From Parcubacteria group bacterium CG1_02_58_44 (GTDB lineage Bacteria > Patescibacteriota > Patescibacteriia > SG8-24), in the NCBI GenBank assembly GCA_001872545.1, contig MNWN01000011.1, forward strand, positions 2,089 through 66,088: 64,000 nt of DNA, read 5' to 3'. The notes beneath the pieces were generated by a model. The model was not told the origin of the DNA and made no database searches. It worked only from the letters and a program-made list of their open reading frames with translations. The first letter of the stretch is position 1. Each line of letters begins with the position of its first letter. Positions 41,736-53,100 of this stretch are shown in pieces. Both the position numbers and the translations under genes were made by a program.

Positions 41736-41820
41736 TCCAAAATATAAAGTTTTATCCTCGGCCACCGAGGAGTCGAAGGGGACGGTCTGGACTCGTGGCA
41801 GTAGCGAATTCTTCAAACAT

Positions 41821-42480
41821 ATGCAGGATCCGAATAGCGTCGAGATAGACGGTCTCCACGACAGCGGGGATGCGGACGGCAAGAAACCTGTCAGTTCACT
41901 GAAGAGATTTTTTGGTTTTGTCGGGGAGCTGCTGCATGTCGTAGTCATTTCCTTAGCCATCATACTTCCGATTCGCTACTTTCTGATTCAGCCCTTTTAC
42001 GTCAAGGGAGCTTCGATGGAGCCGAACTTTTACGATCACGAATACCTCATCATCGACGAGATCAGCTATCGGCTCCGTGAACCGCAGCGCGGTGACATCG
42101 TCGTCTTCAGGTATCCGGACGATCCGAGCCAGTTTTTCATCAAGCGCATCGTAGCCCTGCCGGGGGAGCGCATCGTCATTTCCGGCGGCGGCCTGTGCAT
42201 CCTCGATCAGGATCATCCGGAGGGGTTTCTGCTAGACGAGAGCGACTATATCGGTTCCACCTTCACTTCCGGCGACAAGGATCTGACCCTCGCCGACGGC
42301 GAGTATTATCTCATGGGGGACAATCGGGCCGCGAGCATGGACTCTAGGACGTTCGGTGCGGTTCCGAGACAGCTGATGATCGGAAAGGTCATGCTCAGAG
42401 GTTGGCCGCCGGACAGAATGACGATCTTTTCCGGGGTTACATATCATGAGGATGCGACCGGAGGAGAGACTTCGAACTGA
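41821..42480 (+). CDS. lepB: Signal peptidase I
   Basis: TM helix; QPFYVKGASMEP, RGDIVVF, FIKRIVALPGE, YLMGDNRAASMDSR. Confidence 0.95.
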   Translation: MQDPNSVEIDGLHDSGDADGKKPVSSLKRFFGFVGELLHVVVISLAIILPIRYFLIQPFYVKGASMEPNFYDHEYLIIDEISYRLREPQRGDIVVFRYPDDPSQFFIKRIVALPGERIVISGGGLCILDQDHPEGFLLDESDYIGSTFTSGDKDLTLADGEYYLMGDNRAASMDSRTFGAVPRQLMIGKVMLRGWPPDRMTIFSGVTYHEDATGGETSN

Positions 42481-42549
42481 TTCGTTTTTGGAAGGAACGG
42501 ATAAGTCGAGGGCAACAGCATCGGAATAAAGCTGATTTATTTTTTCATT

Positions 42550-43962
42550 ATGGTCTTCAAGAAAAAAATCGTGACAGTCGGCAAGTCGGTCACCGTCAGG
42601 AAACCGACAGAGAAGAGATCATCGTCGAAGGCCGTATTCAGGAACAGCAACACAGCGGTACCTCCTCCAGAGGAGAAGCCGGTGATAAGAACCAAGGGAG
42701 TGCCTCAGACATTGCGCGGCATGAAGGACATTCTGCCGGCGGAGCAGAAGTTTTGGCGGCAGGTCAGGCACACCGCCGAGGATCTGGCCGAGGCCTACGG
42801 ATTTGAGCGGATAGAGACTCCGATCCTGGAGAGTACCCCTCTTTTCGTGCGTTCGGTCGGCGTCCAGACCGATGTGGTCGAAAAGGAGATGTTCTCGTTC
42901 GTCGACCGTGGCGGCGACAACGTGACGCTTCGGCCCGAAGGGACCGCATCGGTCGTCCGGTCCTACATCAATCACGGAATGTTCAGTTTGCCGCAGCCCG
43001 TCAAGCTCTACTACATCGGTCCGATGTTTCGGTACGAGCGCCCGCAGCATGGGAGGTATCGTCAGCACACCCAGTTTGGAGTGGAGGTCTTCGGCGACGA
43101 GAATCCGGTGCTCGATGCCGAGATCATGCTGCTCGCATATCTCTTCTATAGAGGTATCGGAGTCAGTTCGGTGGTTCATGTCAACAGTCTCGGCTGTTCC
43201 GACTGTCGTCCCAGGTATCGGGAAGAGCTGGTCGCCTATTACCGGTCCAGGCGATCGCAGCTTTGTGAGGATTGCAAGCGGCGAATCTCCAAGAACCCGT
43301 TCAGGCTGCTGGACTGCAAGGAGGATGGCTGCAGTGCCCTGAAGGAGGAGGCTCCGCAGATTCTCGACTCGCTCGATGATGCCTGCAAGGAGCATCTGAT
43401 GAAGGTCCTGGAATACCTTGATGACCTGCAGGTTCCGTACGTGCTGGATCCGCACTTGGTGCGCGGTTTCGACTACTACACCAGGACAGTCTTCGAGCTG
43501 CTGCCGGAAGAGGGGGACACCAAGACGGCCTTGGGCGGCGGAGGTCGCTATGACGGACTGGTAGAGCTGCTCGGCGGACGGCCTACGCCAGCCTGCGGTT
43601 TCGGCATCGGACTGGAGCGGGCCATTCTACAGATGAAAGTCCAGGAGATTGAGCCGTCTCAGAACGACACCCCCGATGTCTTTCTGGCTCAGTTGGGCGA
43701 CAATGCCCGTCGTAAGGCCTTCGTCCTGTTTGAGGAATTGAGGGTCGCCGGCATCAGGCTGGCCGGCAATTTCACCAAGGGGTCGCTCAAGGTCCAGCTT
43801 GAGATCGCCAATCGACTGGGGGCCCGCTACACGGTAATCCTCGGCCAGCAGGAAGTCATCGACGGAACTATCCTTGTTCGGGACATGGAGTCCGGTATGC
43901 AGGAGATAGTCGACGGCAAGAAGGCCGTAAGTGAGCTGAAGAAGAAGATAGGTCGAGGCTAA
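42550..43962 (+). CDS. hisS: Histidine--tRNA ligase
   Basis: RGMKDILP, LRPEGTASVVR, FRYERPQHGRYRQH, LVRGFDYYTRTVFE, GGGGRYDGL. Confidence 0.97.
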   Translation: MVFKKKIVTVGKSVTVRKPTEKRSSSKAVFRNSNTAVPPPEEKPVIRTKGVPQTLRGMKDILPAEQKFWRQVRHTAEDLAEAYGFERIETPILESTPLFVRSVGVQTDVVEKEMFSFVDRGGDNVTLRPEGTASVVRSYINHGMFSLPQPVKLYYIGPMFRYERPQHGRYRQHTQFGVEVFGDENPVLDAEIMLLAYLFYRGIGVSSVVHVNSLGCSDCRPRYREELVAYYRSRRSQLCEDCKRRISKNPFRLLDCKEDGCSALKEEAPQILDSLDDACKEHLMKVLEYLDDLQVPYVLDPHLVRGFDYYTRTVFELLPEEGDTKTALGGGGRYDGLVELLGGRPTPACGFGIGLERAILQMKVQEIEPSQNDTPDVFLAQLGDNARRKAFVLFEELRVAGIRLAGNFTKGSLKVQLEIANRLGARYTVILGQQEVIDGTILVRDMESGMQEIVDGKKAVSELKKKIGRG

Positions 43963-43982
43963 AGCGTCCTCAATGCCCCAGT

Positions 43983-44011
43983 TTGACGCGAATGGTCGTT
44001 TGATGTAGCCT
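43983..44011 (+). promoter_or_regulatory. Putative promoter of rpsU
   Basis: TTGACG-N17-TAGCCT. Confidence 0.4.
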
Positions 44012-44072
44012 TTTCCCGGCAAGGAGGCGCGATTTACAGACATCCTTAATCAGAAAGGGGGGTGAGTTTTTC

Positions 44073-44324
44073 GTGATTGAAGTCAAACGCAAAAAAGGGG
44101 AGAGCTTCGAGAGCTTGCTGCGCAGGTTCGGTCATTGCATGCAGGACAGCGGTCGGATGATACAGGCCCGAAAGATTAGGTTTCATACCGATCTGCCGAA
44201 CAAGAACGCAACCAAGGCCACGGCCCTGAGAAGGACCGAACTGCGCGAGAAGCGCGAGTATCTCATCAGAAGCGGTCAGGCCACCGAAGAGGATTTTCGC
44301 CGCCGCTCCAAACGTCGCCGTTGA
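44073..44324 (+). CDS. rpsU: 30S ribosomal protein S21
   Basis: IEVKRKKGESFESLLRRF; basic 83-aa protein; GGGGGTG RBS; upstream of yqeY. Confidence 0.85.
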   Translation: MIEVKRKKGESFESLLRRFGHCMQDSGRMIQARKIRFHTDLPNKNATKATALRRTELREKREYLIRSGQATEEDFRRRSKRRR

Positions 44325-44375
44325 CGGCATTTCGACGTTTTTGGGATTCCCCATAATTATTTTATCGCCAAACCG

Positions 44376-44831
44376 ATGGACACCCGTGAACGAATGGACA
44401 AGGATTTCACCGGTGCGGTCAAGGCACGTGATGCATTCGCAGTCTCAGCGCTGCGAATGCTTCGTGCTGCACTGAAGAACGCCGAGATAGAGAAGATGTC
44501 CGCTCTTGTTGAGGACGACGTCGTCGACGTCATCTCCAGGGAGATCAAGAAGGTCAGGGATTCGCTCGAGTCGTTCGAATCCGCCGGCCGTACTGATCTG
44601 GCGGACAAGGCTCGACAGGAGATCGAGATCATCTCTCGGTATCAGCCGACCCAACTGACCGATGACGAGATCAGGTCCGTAATAAAGAAAGTTATTGCGG
44701 ATCTTTCTGGCAATGGAACGATGAACTTCGGACAGGTCATGTCCGGCGTGACCAAGGAGACCAAAGGGCACGCTTCGGGCACCAGAGTCAGTCAGCTGGT
44801 TAAGGATGAGTTATCCAGTACCGCTCCGTAG
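44376..44831 (+). CDS. GatB/YqeY domain protein
   Basis: LRMLRAALKNAEIEK, IKKVRDSLESFESAGRTDLADK..EIEIISRYQP.QL, FGQVM. Confidence 0.9.
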   Translation: MDTRERMDKDFTGAVKARDAFAVSALRMLRAALKNAEIEKMSALVEDDVVDVISREIKKVRDSLESFESAGRTDLADKARQEIEIISRYQPTQLTDDEIRSVIKKVIADLSGNGTMNFGQVMSGVTKETKGHASGTRVSQLVKDELSSTAP

Positions 44832-44883
44832 CTTTTTTGTATATACTTGAAAAGTTAATTGAGTTTCACATAGCCTTCTTTCC

Positions 44884-47130
44884 ATGCTTGGAAGGTATGG
44901 GTACCGCAACCGGCCCAAGGTAGGGTCTTGGTTGCATATTCGAAACGCCAGCAGAACCTTGGTTTTGGTGGCTTTTGTTTTACTCGTTTTATTTTTGCCG
45001 GAAATTGTGTCGGCTCAGCTCACCACCGGTGACGTCGGGTTGGACTTCGCCACCGCGACCGGCTTGGCCACTACAGACATCAGGGTCTTCGTCGGACGGG
45101 TGATCAACGCCTTTTTTGCCCTGCTCGGATTCATCGCCGTTCTGCTTTACGTCTACGCCGGATATCTGTGGATGACATCAACAGGCGATGCGGCCAAGGT
45201 CGACCAGGCCAAGAAGGTCATCACCAACACGACCATAGGGCTGGTCATCATGATCATGGCCTACTCGATTACGGCCTTCATTATCCAAGCCCTCACCGGA
45301 CATTCGATCGTTCCCGGTGTGGGTGACGGGGACAGCCGACGCGATAGGGGAGACATGCCCATCGGCGACCGAACCTATGAGCTCGGTAACGGAATCATCG
45401 AATACCACTATCCGGAAGTCGGACAGGTCGACGTTCCGCGCAACACGAACATATCGATAACCTTCAAGCGGCCGTTGGTCCTGTCGACCGTTTTCCGCAA
45501 CTATGATGACGCCGGAACCTACGGAACTGAAGACGATACGGTCGGCGGCGTTGCGGTGCCGGAAGTCCTTCAGCTCAATACCGACAATTTCAAGATCATC
45601 GCCGTCGCCGACTTGGGAGGGACGGACGGTGCCAGTCCGGACGAGCGGTTCAGTACTAGGTATCCGGACAGCGGAGCGCTGGTCGATCCGCCGCCTACGG
45701 TTCGGGTTACGGCCGTAAGGGTAGTTTTTGATCCGTTGGAGGGTCAGACCATCACCATCTCTCCGGCGCTTCCGATCGGCAGCCCCACCACTGATATCGC
45801 CTATCGCGTGGCCCTCAAGGGAGGCGACAACGGCATCAAGGTCTGGTGGCCTGGCGTAACGGAAGGTGCAGAACTCGTTCAGAAGAACGCCTTCAGTTCG
45901 ATGAATGCGGACGGCGGCTACTACTGGCCGTTTACGACCGGAACTATGCTTGACCTGACGCCGCCGCACATAACGTGGGTAGAGCCGACGCCGGTTATCG
46001 ATCCGGGCCGCCCAGAAAACGTAGCAGCTCGCAATCAGCTGCTGCAGATCTACTTCAACGAGGCGGTCGATCCGACCACGGTGAGCGGCATCATCGGTGA
46101 GGGCGGCGGATTCACCAATATAGAGGTAAGGGCTCGCTGCCTGCCGGACACCGACTGCGACTTTAACGATGGAGTGGATTTCACTTCCGTTTCGGGCAAG
46201 ATCTTCATAGGCAATCGCTACAGGACGGCCGAGTTCGTGCCTAGCGAACCTTGCGATGGCGTTACCGAGAACACCTGCGGCAACCAGGTTTTTTGCCTAC
46301 CGCGCAACGTCGAAATTCGTGTCCGTGCCCTAGCTGCGACGTTGAGCTCGGAACCGCCGAAGGCTTCACGTCCGGACGGCGTGTTGGACATGGTCGGCAA
46401 CTCGTTCGACGGCAACGGCAATGGTACGGCCGAGGGTCCGGAGAGCGCGGAGCGTCGGACTGACTTCAATCGTAACAGTCCGCCCGCTGCACTAGCGGGA
46501 ATCAACGATACGGCCCGGTGGACTTACCATGTCGGTGAGAGGATCGACCTCGTGCCGCCGACGATCATGGACATCGACCCCAAGAGCCCGCCGCCGATCG
46601 ATCGGGCCCATCCGGAGGGGCCGTCGAAGGTTCCGACTGATCTGCCGATAACAGTTCTGTGGGACAAGACCATGAGTGTCATGTCGATGCGGACCGGTGC
46701 GTACGACGAGGACGAGAATGCCTTCTCCGACGACCGGACGACTATTTCCCTACGTTCCAAGGAACTGGCCAAGGAAAGCCTGGATCAGGACTGTTCCGAT
46801 CCGGATGTGGCCTGTCCGTACGTCTCGTTGGATCCACCGTACTTCTTTATAGATCTGGGTGAAGGTCCGGAGGAGATCGGTGGTATCAAGAGGACCAGAA
46901 TGATGATCACACATCGTATCTTCTTCACGGCCAACGACATGGGCTACACCATGGAAGAAACGGCTTCGTGGCCCGAACGCTTGCCAGTCTATCAGCCGGT
47001 CATCGGAGCTCAGATACAGGACACGCTTCAGAACTGCTTTTTCCCAAGTGTCGGATGGAATTGTGATATGGGCGACAACAACTCTTGCTGCAATCGGGTC
47101 GGTCAGGAGGACTATTTCTGTCCGCTTTAG
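44884..47130 (+). CDS. VirB2/TrbC-type pilin-domain protein with Ig-like (Big_5-type) domains
   Basis: Signal, then GLATTDIRVFVGRVIN...YAGYLWMTSTGDAAKVDQAKK...IGL; DVPRNTNISITFKRP; FTTGTMLDLTPP; IYFNEAVDPTTV; start uncertain. Confidence 0.8.
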   Translation: MLGRYGYRNRPKVGSWLHIRNASRTLVLVAFVLLVLFLPEIVSAQLTTGDVGLDFATATGLATTDIRVFVGRVINAFFALLGFIAVLLYVYAGYLWMTSTGDAAKVDQAKKVITNTTIGLVIMIMAYSITAFIIQALTGHSIVPGVGDGDSRRDRGDMPIGDRTYELGNGIIEYHYPEVGQVDVPRNTNISITFKRPLVLSTVFRNYDDAGTYGTEDDTVGGVAVPEVLQLNTDNFKIIAVADLGGTDGASPDERFSTRYPDSGALVDPPPTVRVTAVRVVFDPLEGQTITISPALPIGSPTTDIAYRVALKGGDNGIKVWWPGVTEGAELVQKNAFSSMNADGGYYWPFTTGTMLDLTPPHITWVEPTPVIDPGRPENVAARNQLLQIYFNEAVDPTTVSGIIGEGGGFTNIEVRARCLPDTDCDFNDGVDFTSVSGKIFIGNRYRTAEFVPSEPCDGVTENTCGNQVFCLPRNVEIRVRALAATLSSEPPKASRPDGVLDMVGNSFDGNGNGTAEGPESAERRTDFNRNSPPAALAGINDTARWTYHVGERIDLVPPTIMDIDPKSPPPIDRAHPEGPSKVPTDLPITVLWDKTMSVMSMRTGAYDEDENAFSDDRTTISLRSKELAKESLDQDCSDPDVACPYVSLDPPYFFIDLGEGPEEIGGIKRTRMMITHRIFFTANDMGYTMEETASWPERLPVYQPVIGAQIQDTLQNCFFPSVGWNCDMGDNNSCCNRVGQEDYFCPL

Positions 47131-47161
47131 CCGCTTCCTTTTTTAGATCTAAGAACAGGTC

Positions 47162-50100
47162 ATGCGCATAGACCGAAAAAAATTGGTAACTGCCGCGGTG
47201 GTGGTCTTTGGTGTGGCCCTGCTCGTATTTCCGGTTTTGGCGCAGACCGATTTGGGTTTGGATTACGCAACGTCGACCGGTCTTGGTACGACCGACATCC
47301 GGACAATCATCGGCAACATCGTCAACTACTTCCTTGGGCTGTTGGGCATCATAGCCGTACTGCTGATCCTCTACGGCGGCTTTAAGTGGATGACGTCGCA
47401 GGGCAACGAGGAACAGGTCGCCGATGCGAAGAAGATCATCGTCTCCAGTGTCATCGGTTTGGCTATCATCCTGTCCGCTTTTGCCATCGCGCAATTTATT
47501 CTAAGAGCGATAATCTCTGGCACCGGATTCGAAGGTGATGTAGGGCCAGGAGGCGGACGGTGTCCGCCTGGAGAGGTCTGCGGCATACCTGGAGCCGGCT
47601 CCGGCGGGTTTAAAGTCTCCGGCGTGGTGCCGGCCGGCAACGGTCCGGGAGGTTCCGGCTGGCCCAAGAACTACGCCATTACCGTTGCCTTTAGCCATGA
47701 AGTCGCGGCGGCAACCGTTAACGGAACTTCCTTTGTGGTGGAGAGGTGCAATCCGCGGTTGTCTGGCGGTGACCCTGCTCCGTTCAATGAGAGGAATTGC
47801 AATACCGTAGTTTCGGGTACTCGGACAGTTGAGGCTAATCGAATAGTCTTTAGACCCGACGATACGCCTGGAGACTATCCTACCGATTTCGAAGAAGATT
47901 ATTGGTATCGGGTACGGGTACTCGGTGGCGACGTCACCGACGTTCGTGGTCGAATTCTGGTCTGTCCTTTCTTGCCGCCGGGTCCGGACGGTGACATTTC
48001 GTCACCACGTGCGCTGTCGAGCCTGTGCGACCGGGCCATGGCCTTCAACAACCTTCGCGATGTCGAACCTCCGACCGTCAGGATCGACTCTCCTGCTTCC
48101 GCACCAGCCTACTGCCTGGACCGGATTCGCATCCGGGCCAGGGTGGAGGACGACTTCCTTCCGTCAAGGGTCGACTTCATGTTGGATGGGGGTCTGGCTC
48201 ACTTGATGGACGCCGACGACGAGCCCCTGTTTAGCGTTATCAATGCCGCACTGGATAATCCGTTCCTGTCCGATTCGGTCTTCATCGATTCCTCGAGTTT
48301 GGCCGATGGCGAGCACACCCTGTCCGCCGTCGGTTACGACGGCGTGCCCCAGGCCAGTGAGGCGGTCGACAAGAGGTTCAGGATAAATCCGGCCCATTGC
48401 TGTGACAGCGTACTGGATGCCGAGCTGGGTGAGGATGAGATAGATTGCGGTGCGGAGTCCGGCTGTGGTGCATGTCCGGAAGGTTTGTGTACAGAAGATG
48501 CCGATTGCGCGTCGGGTCTCTGCGAATCAGGGCACTGTGTGGCACGTCCGACGATACTCGATGTCTCTCCACTGAGGGCCGGACCCGGGACGCTGGTGAC
48601 GATCAGCGGTCGGTACTTCGGCGGAACCATGGGTCAGGTAGTTTTCTTGGGTGGCGATACGGACGGGGACGGTGAGGAGGCGGGGGATGACGACGACAGG
48701 TCGGCGGCTGCCTGTTCGCCCTGGTCCTGGTCCGACGATGAGGTAGTGGTCGCAGTTCCGGACGGAGCGGTCACCGGACCGCTGCAGCTGATCACCTCAG
48801 CCGGAACTTCGGATCGCACTGACGATGATTTTGAGCCGATGATCGGTGCCTTCTCTGTCAATGACGAGGTTTTCCCCGGAATCTGCTATCTGGAACCGAG
48901 TACAGGATCGGCCGGCGATCGGTTCATCGCCCACGGTGCCGGCTTTGGGGATGCCATGGGTGCCAGCCTGATCAGGATGGGTGGGGTGAGCGCCGACGTG
49001 GCGGCCGGAGGCTGGACGGCCTCGGCCGTTTCCGCCGCCGTTCCGTCCGTGCTGGCCGAGGGTATCTATCAGGTTGGGGTGATGGTCGGCGGACTGGACG
49101 GCATCGCGACTAACCAGCTCAACTTTACCCTGCGACGCCGCGACGAGGACGTCGGACCGCGAATAATCGAGATACTCCCGTCTTCCGGTCCGGTCGGCTC
49201 CTATGTCACCCTGCGCGGCACCGGTTTTGGACGGCGTAAGGGATTGGTCAGGTTTTTTTCTTCGCCGGACGGAGTCGACGGAATCGATTCGGCCATAGCC
49301 GCCGATCCGATCTGCGACGACAACTGGCATGATAACTACATCGTCGTAAAAGTACCGGACAAGTACATTGGCGACCTGGACATCGATCTAATTCGTCATC
49401 GGGTAGAGGTCGAGACGGCCGCTCCGGCTCAAACCAGTAACCGAGTAGACTTTTTGATCGATGGCAGTCCGTTGACGCCAGGAATGTGCTCGATTACGCC
49501 TGACAACGGCAAACCGGGCATACCTGTGATCGTATCGGGCGAGGGTTTCGGGCCGGGTCCGGCCAACGTAGACGCTCCCGGTTTCGCTGGGTTTGACGGC
49601 CGTCAGCCGGAAAGTTCGCTTCGTTTTTACGTTTCTGGGGCGGCGGCTGCTCCTGGTTTGATGGACGGCTTGATTACCAAGCCGTCGACGGCCTATTTGT
49701 GGTCTAGAACATCCGTCCGATCGGCGATCCCCGGCAATCCGGCCGACCGGAGCACTTGGCCGAATTCCGGTCCGGTTTTTGTCGTGGCTCGTAATGTGGC
49801 CACCCGCAATCCGATTCCGTTCAAGATTGGCGACTGCAATGACGATGGGATTTGCGAGGAGGGGACAACCTGCTGTGCCAACGGTTCGTGCCGTGAGTCC
49901 TGCGAACCGGAGGCTCGGAACAGTAAGTTCGGCTGGTACTTCAGTACCGACGTCCTACCTACCTTGCCCGTAGTGATACAGCGATCTTCCTGCAATATGG
50001 TGGCCGGCACCATTCAAAGTCCGACACCACAACACAGGGCGACCGATGCCTGTCGCAATGCTGAGGCGGCTGTGGAGTTTAGTCAGCCGATGAATATCGG

Positions 50101-53100
50101 TTCGCTGGACGATCCTGAGTCGCTGCTCATTGAGGAATGCGGTAGCGGTCGCGATATCGACTGTGCCGACCCACCAGTTGTCGTGCCGATCGCCAGACCG
50201 GTCGGGACTGACCTGACTGCAGACGGCATGACTATTCTTTCCATCCATCCGAGCAGTTTGGTTTATCCGCCGAACGATCTCGATGATGACGAGAACGAGC
50301 CGTTTACCGGTTACTTCAAGATCGGCACTTGGTATCGGGTGACCTTGGTTTCCAAACCGGGCGAAGTCGGCATTTTCGACACGACCGGCCGGTATCTGGA
50401 CGGAGATTATGATCGACGGGCCGGTGGTAATTTCACCTGGACTTTCAGGACAAGGACCGATCCGGCGGCCTGCGCTGCCGACAGCGTCATGGTCCTGCCG
50501 TCACGCTATACGATCACCCATCAGGGCATGCCCCCGGATCCGGACATCGGATTTAGCGCCGCACTGATGAACGGAGCCAACTGCAACAGGCTGCAGTGCG
50601 TCGGCCGTGAAGGCTTTGACCTGAGATGGTCGAGCGATCCGGGTGTATTCATCAGTTTGCTTGGTGCCGGTCCGGTCGCCGGATGTCGACAGCAGGTTAC
50701 AGGTCTGCTCGAGACCCCCGTTGACGCACCGGAAAGACTGACTGTATCCCTGCGGCCGGTCGGTGAGCTGCTGGACCGCAGGAGCACTTCGGCAGTGTCC
50801 GTAGCCTTCGCCGATCCGCGGGTAGTGCGGGTCATGCCGACTGAAGGCTGCACTGAGGCCTGTGTCAACGCGGTGGTCGGCGCGGTTTTCAACATACCGA
50901 TGAGTGCGCGGTCTTTCGCCGGAAACGTCGAACTGCTGCAGTGCCGCAACTCTTCCTGCAACCCACCTTTCGTTCCGATTGAGTTTACGGTCACGTCAGT
51001 CAGGGACGATGGTATCCGTGTGCTTCCGCTCGGCGATCCCGATGCGGTCCTTCAGGTCAGGATAGAGCCGGTTCCTGATGTCGGGGAGATGCCAAGGTTG
51101 ACGCCTGATACCTTCTTTAAGGTCAGAATCAGGGGCGGAGCCGACGGGGTTCTTTCCACGAGTGACATACCGCTCACTGGACTCAACACGCCCGGCTTTT
51201 ACGAATGGAAATTTAAGACTAGGACCGACGGCAGCATCTGCGAGATCTCTCGGGCGGAGATTGTTCCGCCTAACGCCACCTTGCGTTACGTAAGCGAACG
51301 TTTCGGCCTCAGTGTCGGAGCGTACGGACCGGCTGGTGACGAGTGCAGTCCCGACGGTCAGGAGATAAACGCCTGGGGCTATGATTGGGACTGGTCGGTC
51401 GATCCGAATCCCGTCCTGGTCGGTTTCATCAGGGCTAGAGATGTTGGTTCGGAAACCGGAATAGGCATCAGAGTCGACACGAATCCAGCGCCGAGGCGCG
51501 GCTGCGACAGCCAATGTCTGTTGGTCGGCTCGACCGATGTCGTTTCGCAGTGCGGAAACACCGATCCGGCTGATCCTCGTCCGCCTAGGGATCGGGCCGA
51601 GATTGGGGAGGACTGCGACGATGGCGATATCGACGGAGGCGACGGCTGCAGCGCGAACTGCCTGGCCGAAGGTTCTGCCTTCCCGACTTGCGGCAACGGC
51701 CGGTTGGATTCGGGGGAGCTGTGTGAGGCGCTTCCCGATGGGGAAGGGACCTTAGTCTTTCCGTTGGGCTGCAAGGATCCCAATATAAATATTGATGACA
51801 GGCCTGAACTTAACGACATAGGCTGTATTTTCTTGGGGTCTACGGCTGGAGGGTCGGTCTGTGGCGACGGTATTTGGGGTGACGGCGAAGCCTGTGAGGA
51901 CGGAAACCGACGCGATGGCGATGGCTGCAGCGCGGACTGTCTTCATGAAGGGACGTTTTCTATATGTACGGACGCTACGCCGGTGGACGTAAGATGCGTC
52001 AGTCAGTGCGGCAATGCCCATATTGAGCCGGGCGAGGATCCGGACTGTGACTTGGCCGGAGGCGTCGCATTGGGTTGCGATTTGCACTCTTGCACTAAGA
52101 CCGGTTCGGAGTCAGCTCAATGTTTGAATGATCATCTAGATCCGGGGGAGGAGTGTAGAGATGGAAATACTGATAACGGCGACGGCTGCAGCAGCCGCTG
52201 TCTGCTTGAAGGATCGTCGGCCTTCTATCGGGTACCTTCCTTTTGTGGTGACGGGTTTGTCGGACAGGGCGAGCATTCGTACTGTGACGGTGACGAAGTT
52301 GAGCCCGACAGGCTGATTGACAGTCGACAGATTACGGTCGCCGGAGACTACGATTCGACCGCCGGCGCCGCTACGACGAGCGTAGTGCATGCTTCGGTCG
52401 ATCGGCTGCCGGAAGGTTCCAGGGGTAACTCACGCGTGACGCTGACCTGTAACTGCAGCTCACAGGTCAGTCCCGACGGGTACTGTTTGGGACTGCTGGA
52501 CGGAGTGCCGGCCGCCCTGCGGCCGCCGGCCGGTTTGGCCTGCGCCGATTCGGGCTGCTGCGCACCTAGACCTTACGGCAGGCTGACCTATCCGGTTGAG
52601 GGCTCGGTCGGTATCTGCCGCAACACCGCCATACACTTGGAATTCGATCAGCCCATGAACGCCACTTCAATTAGTCAGAATCTATTGATCGGCGTCGACA
52701 GTGGTCCAGACGGCTGTCCGGCGGCTTTGGACGGCGGTCCAGATGAGAGCGGGGTCATTGAAGTACCGCCCTTCCCTCCGCCCCTGCCTGGACCGTTGGC
52801 CGTTGGGCCTGGCGGCCTGCTTCGTCGGGCTTGGTCGGCTGTCGCTGCATTTTTCGGTGACCTGTTCGGCCGGCCGGCTGCAGGTCATGCCCTCGGTATC
52901 CCGCATACCCATTTCTGCTCGATCACTGGAGATGTCACCGTTAGACTGACGGACGAGTCTAGAACCGAGGTCGAGTTTATGCTCGATCACGCCTTGCCTG
53001 CGGGAACCAGAATTAGGGTTAGGGTCCAGCCGGATGCCAGGACGATCGGCGGAGTCAGAATTAATCCGGCCGGACTGACTGCTGAGTTCACCACCGGTGA

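Noticed and set aside
41488-41820. N-terminal extension of lepB
   Set aside because: Reads through tRNA-Val; the ATG at 41821 is the plausible start
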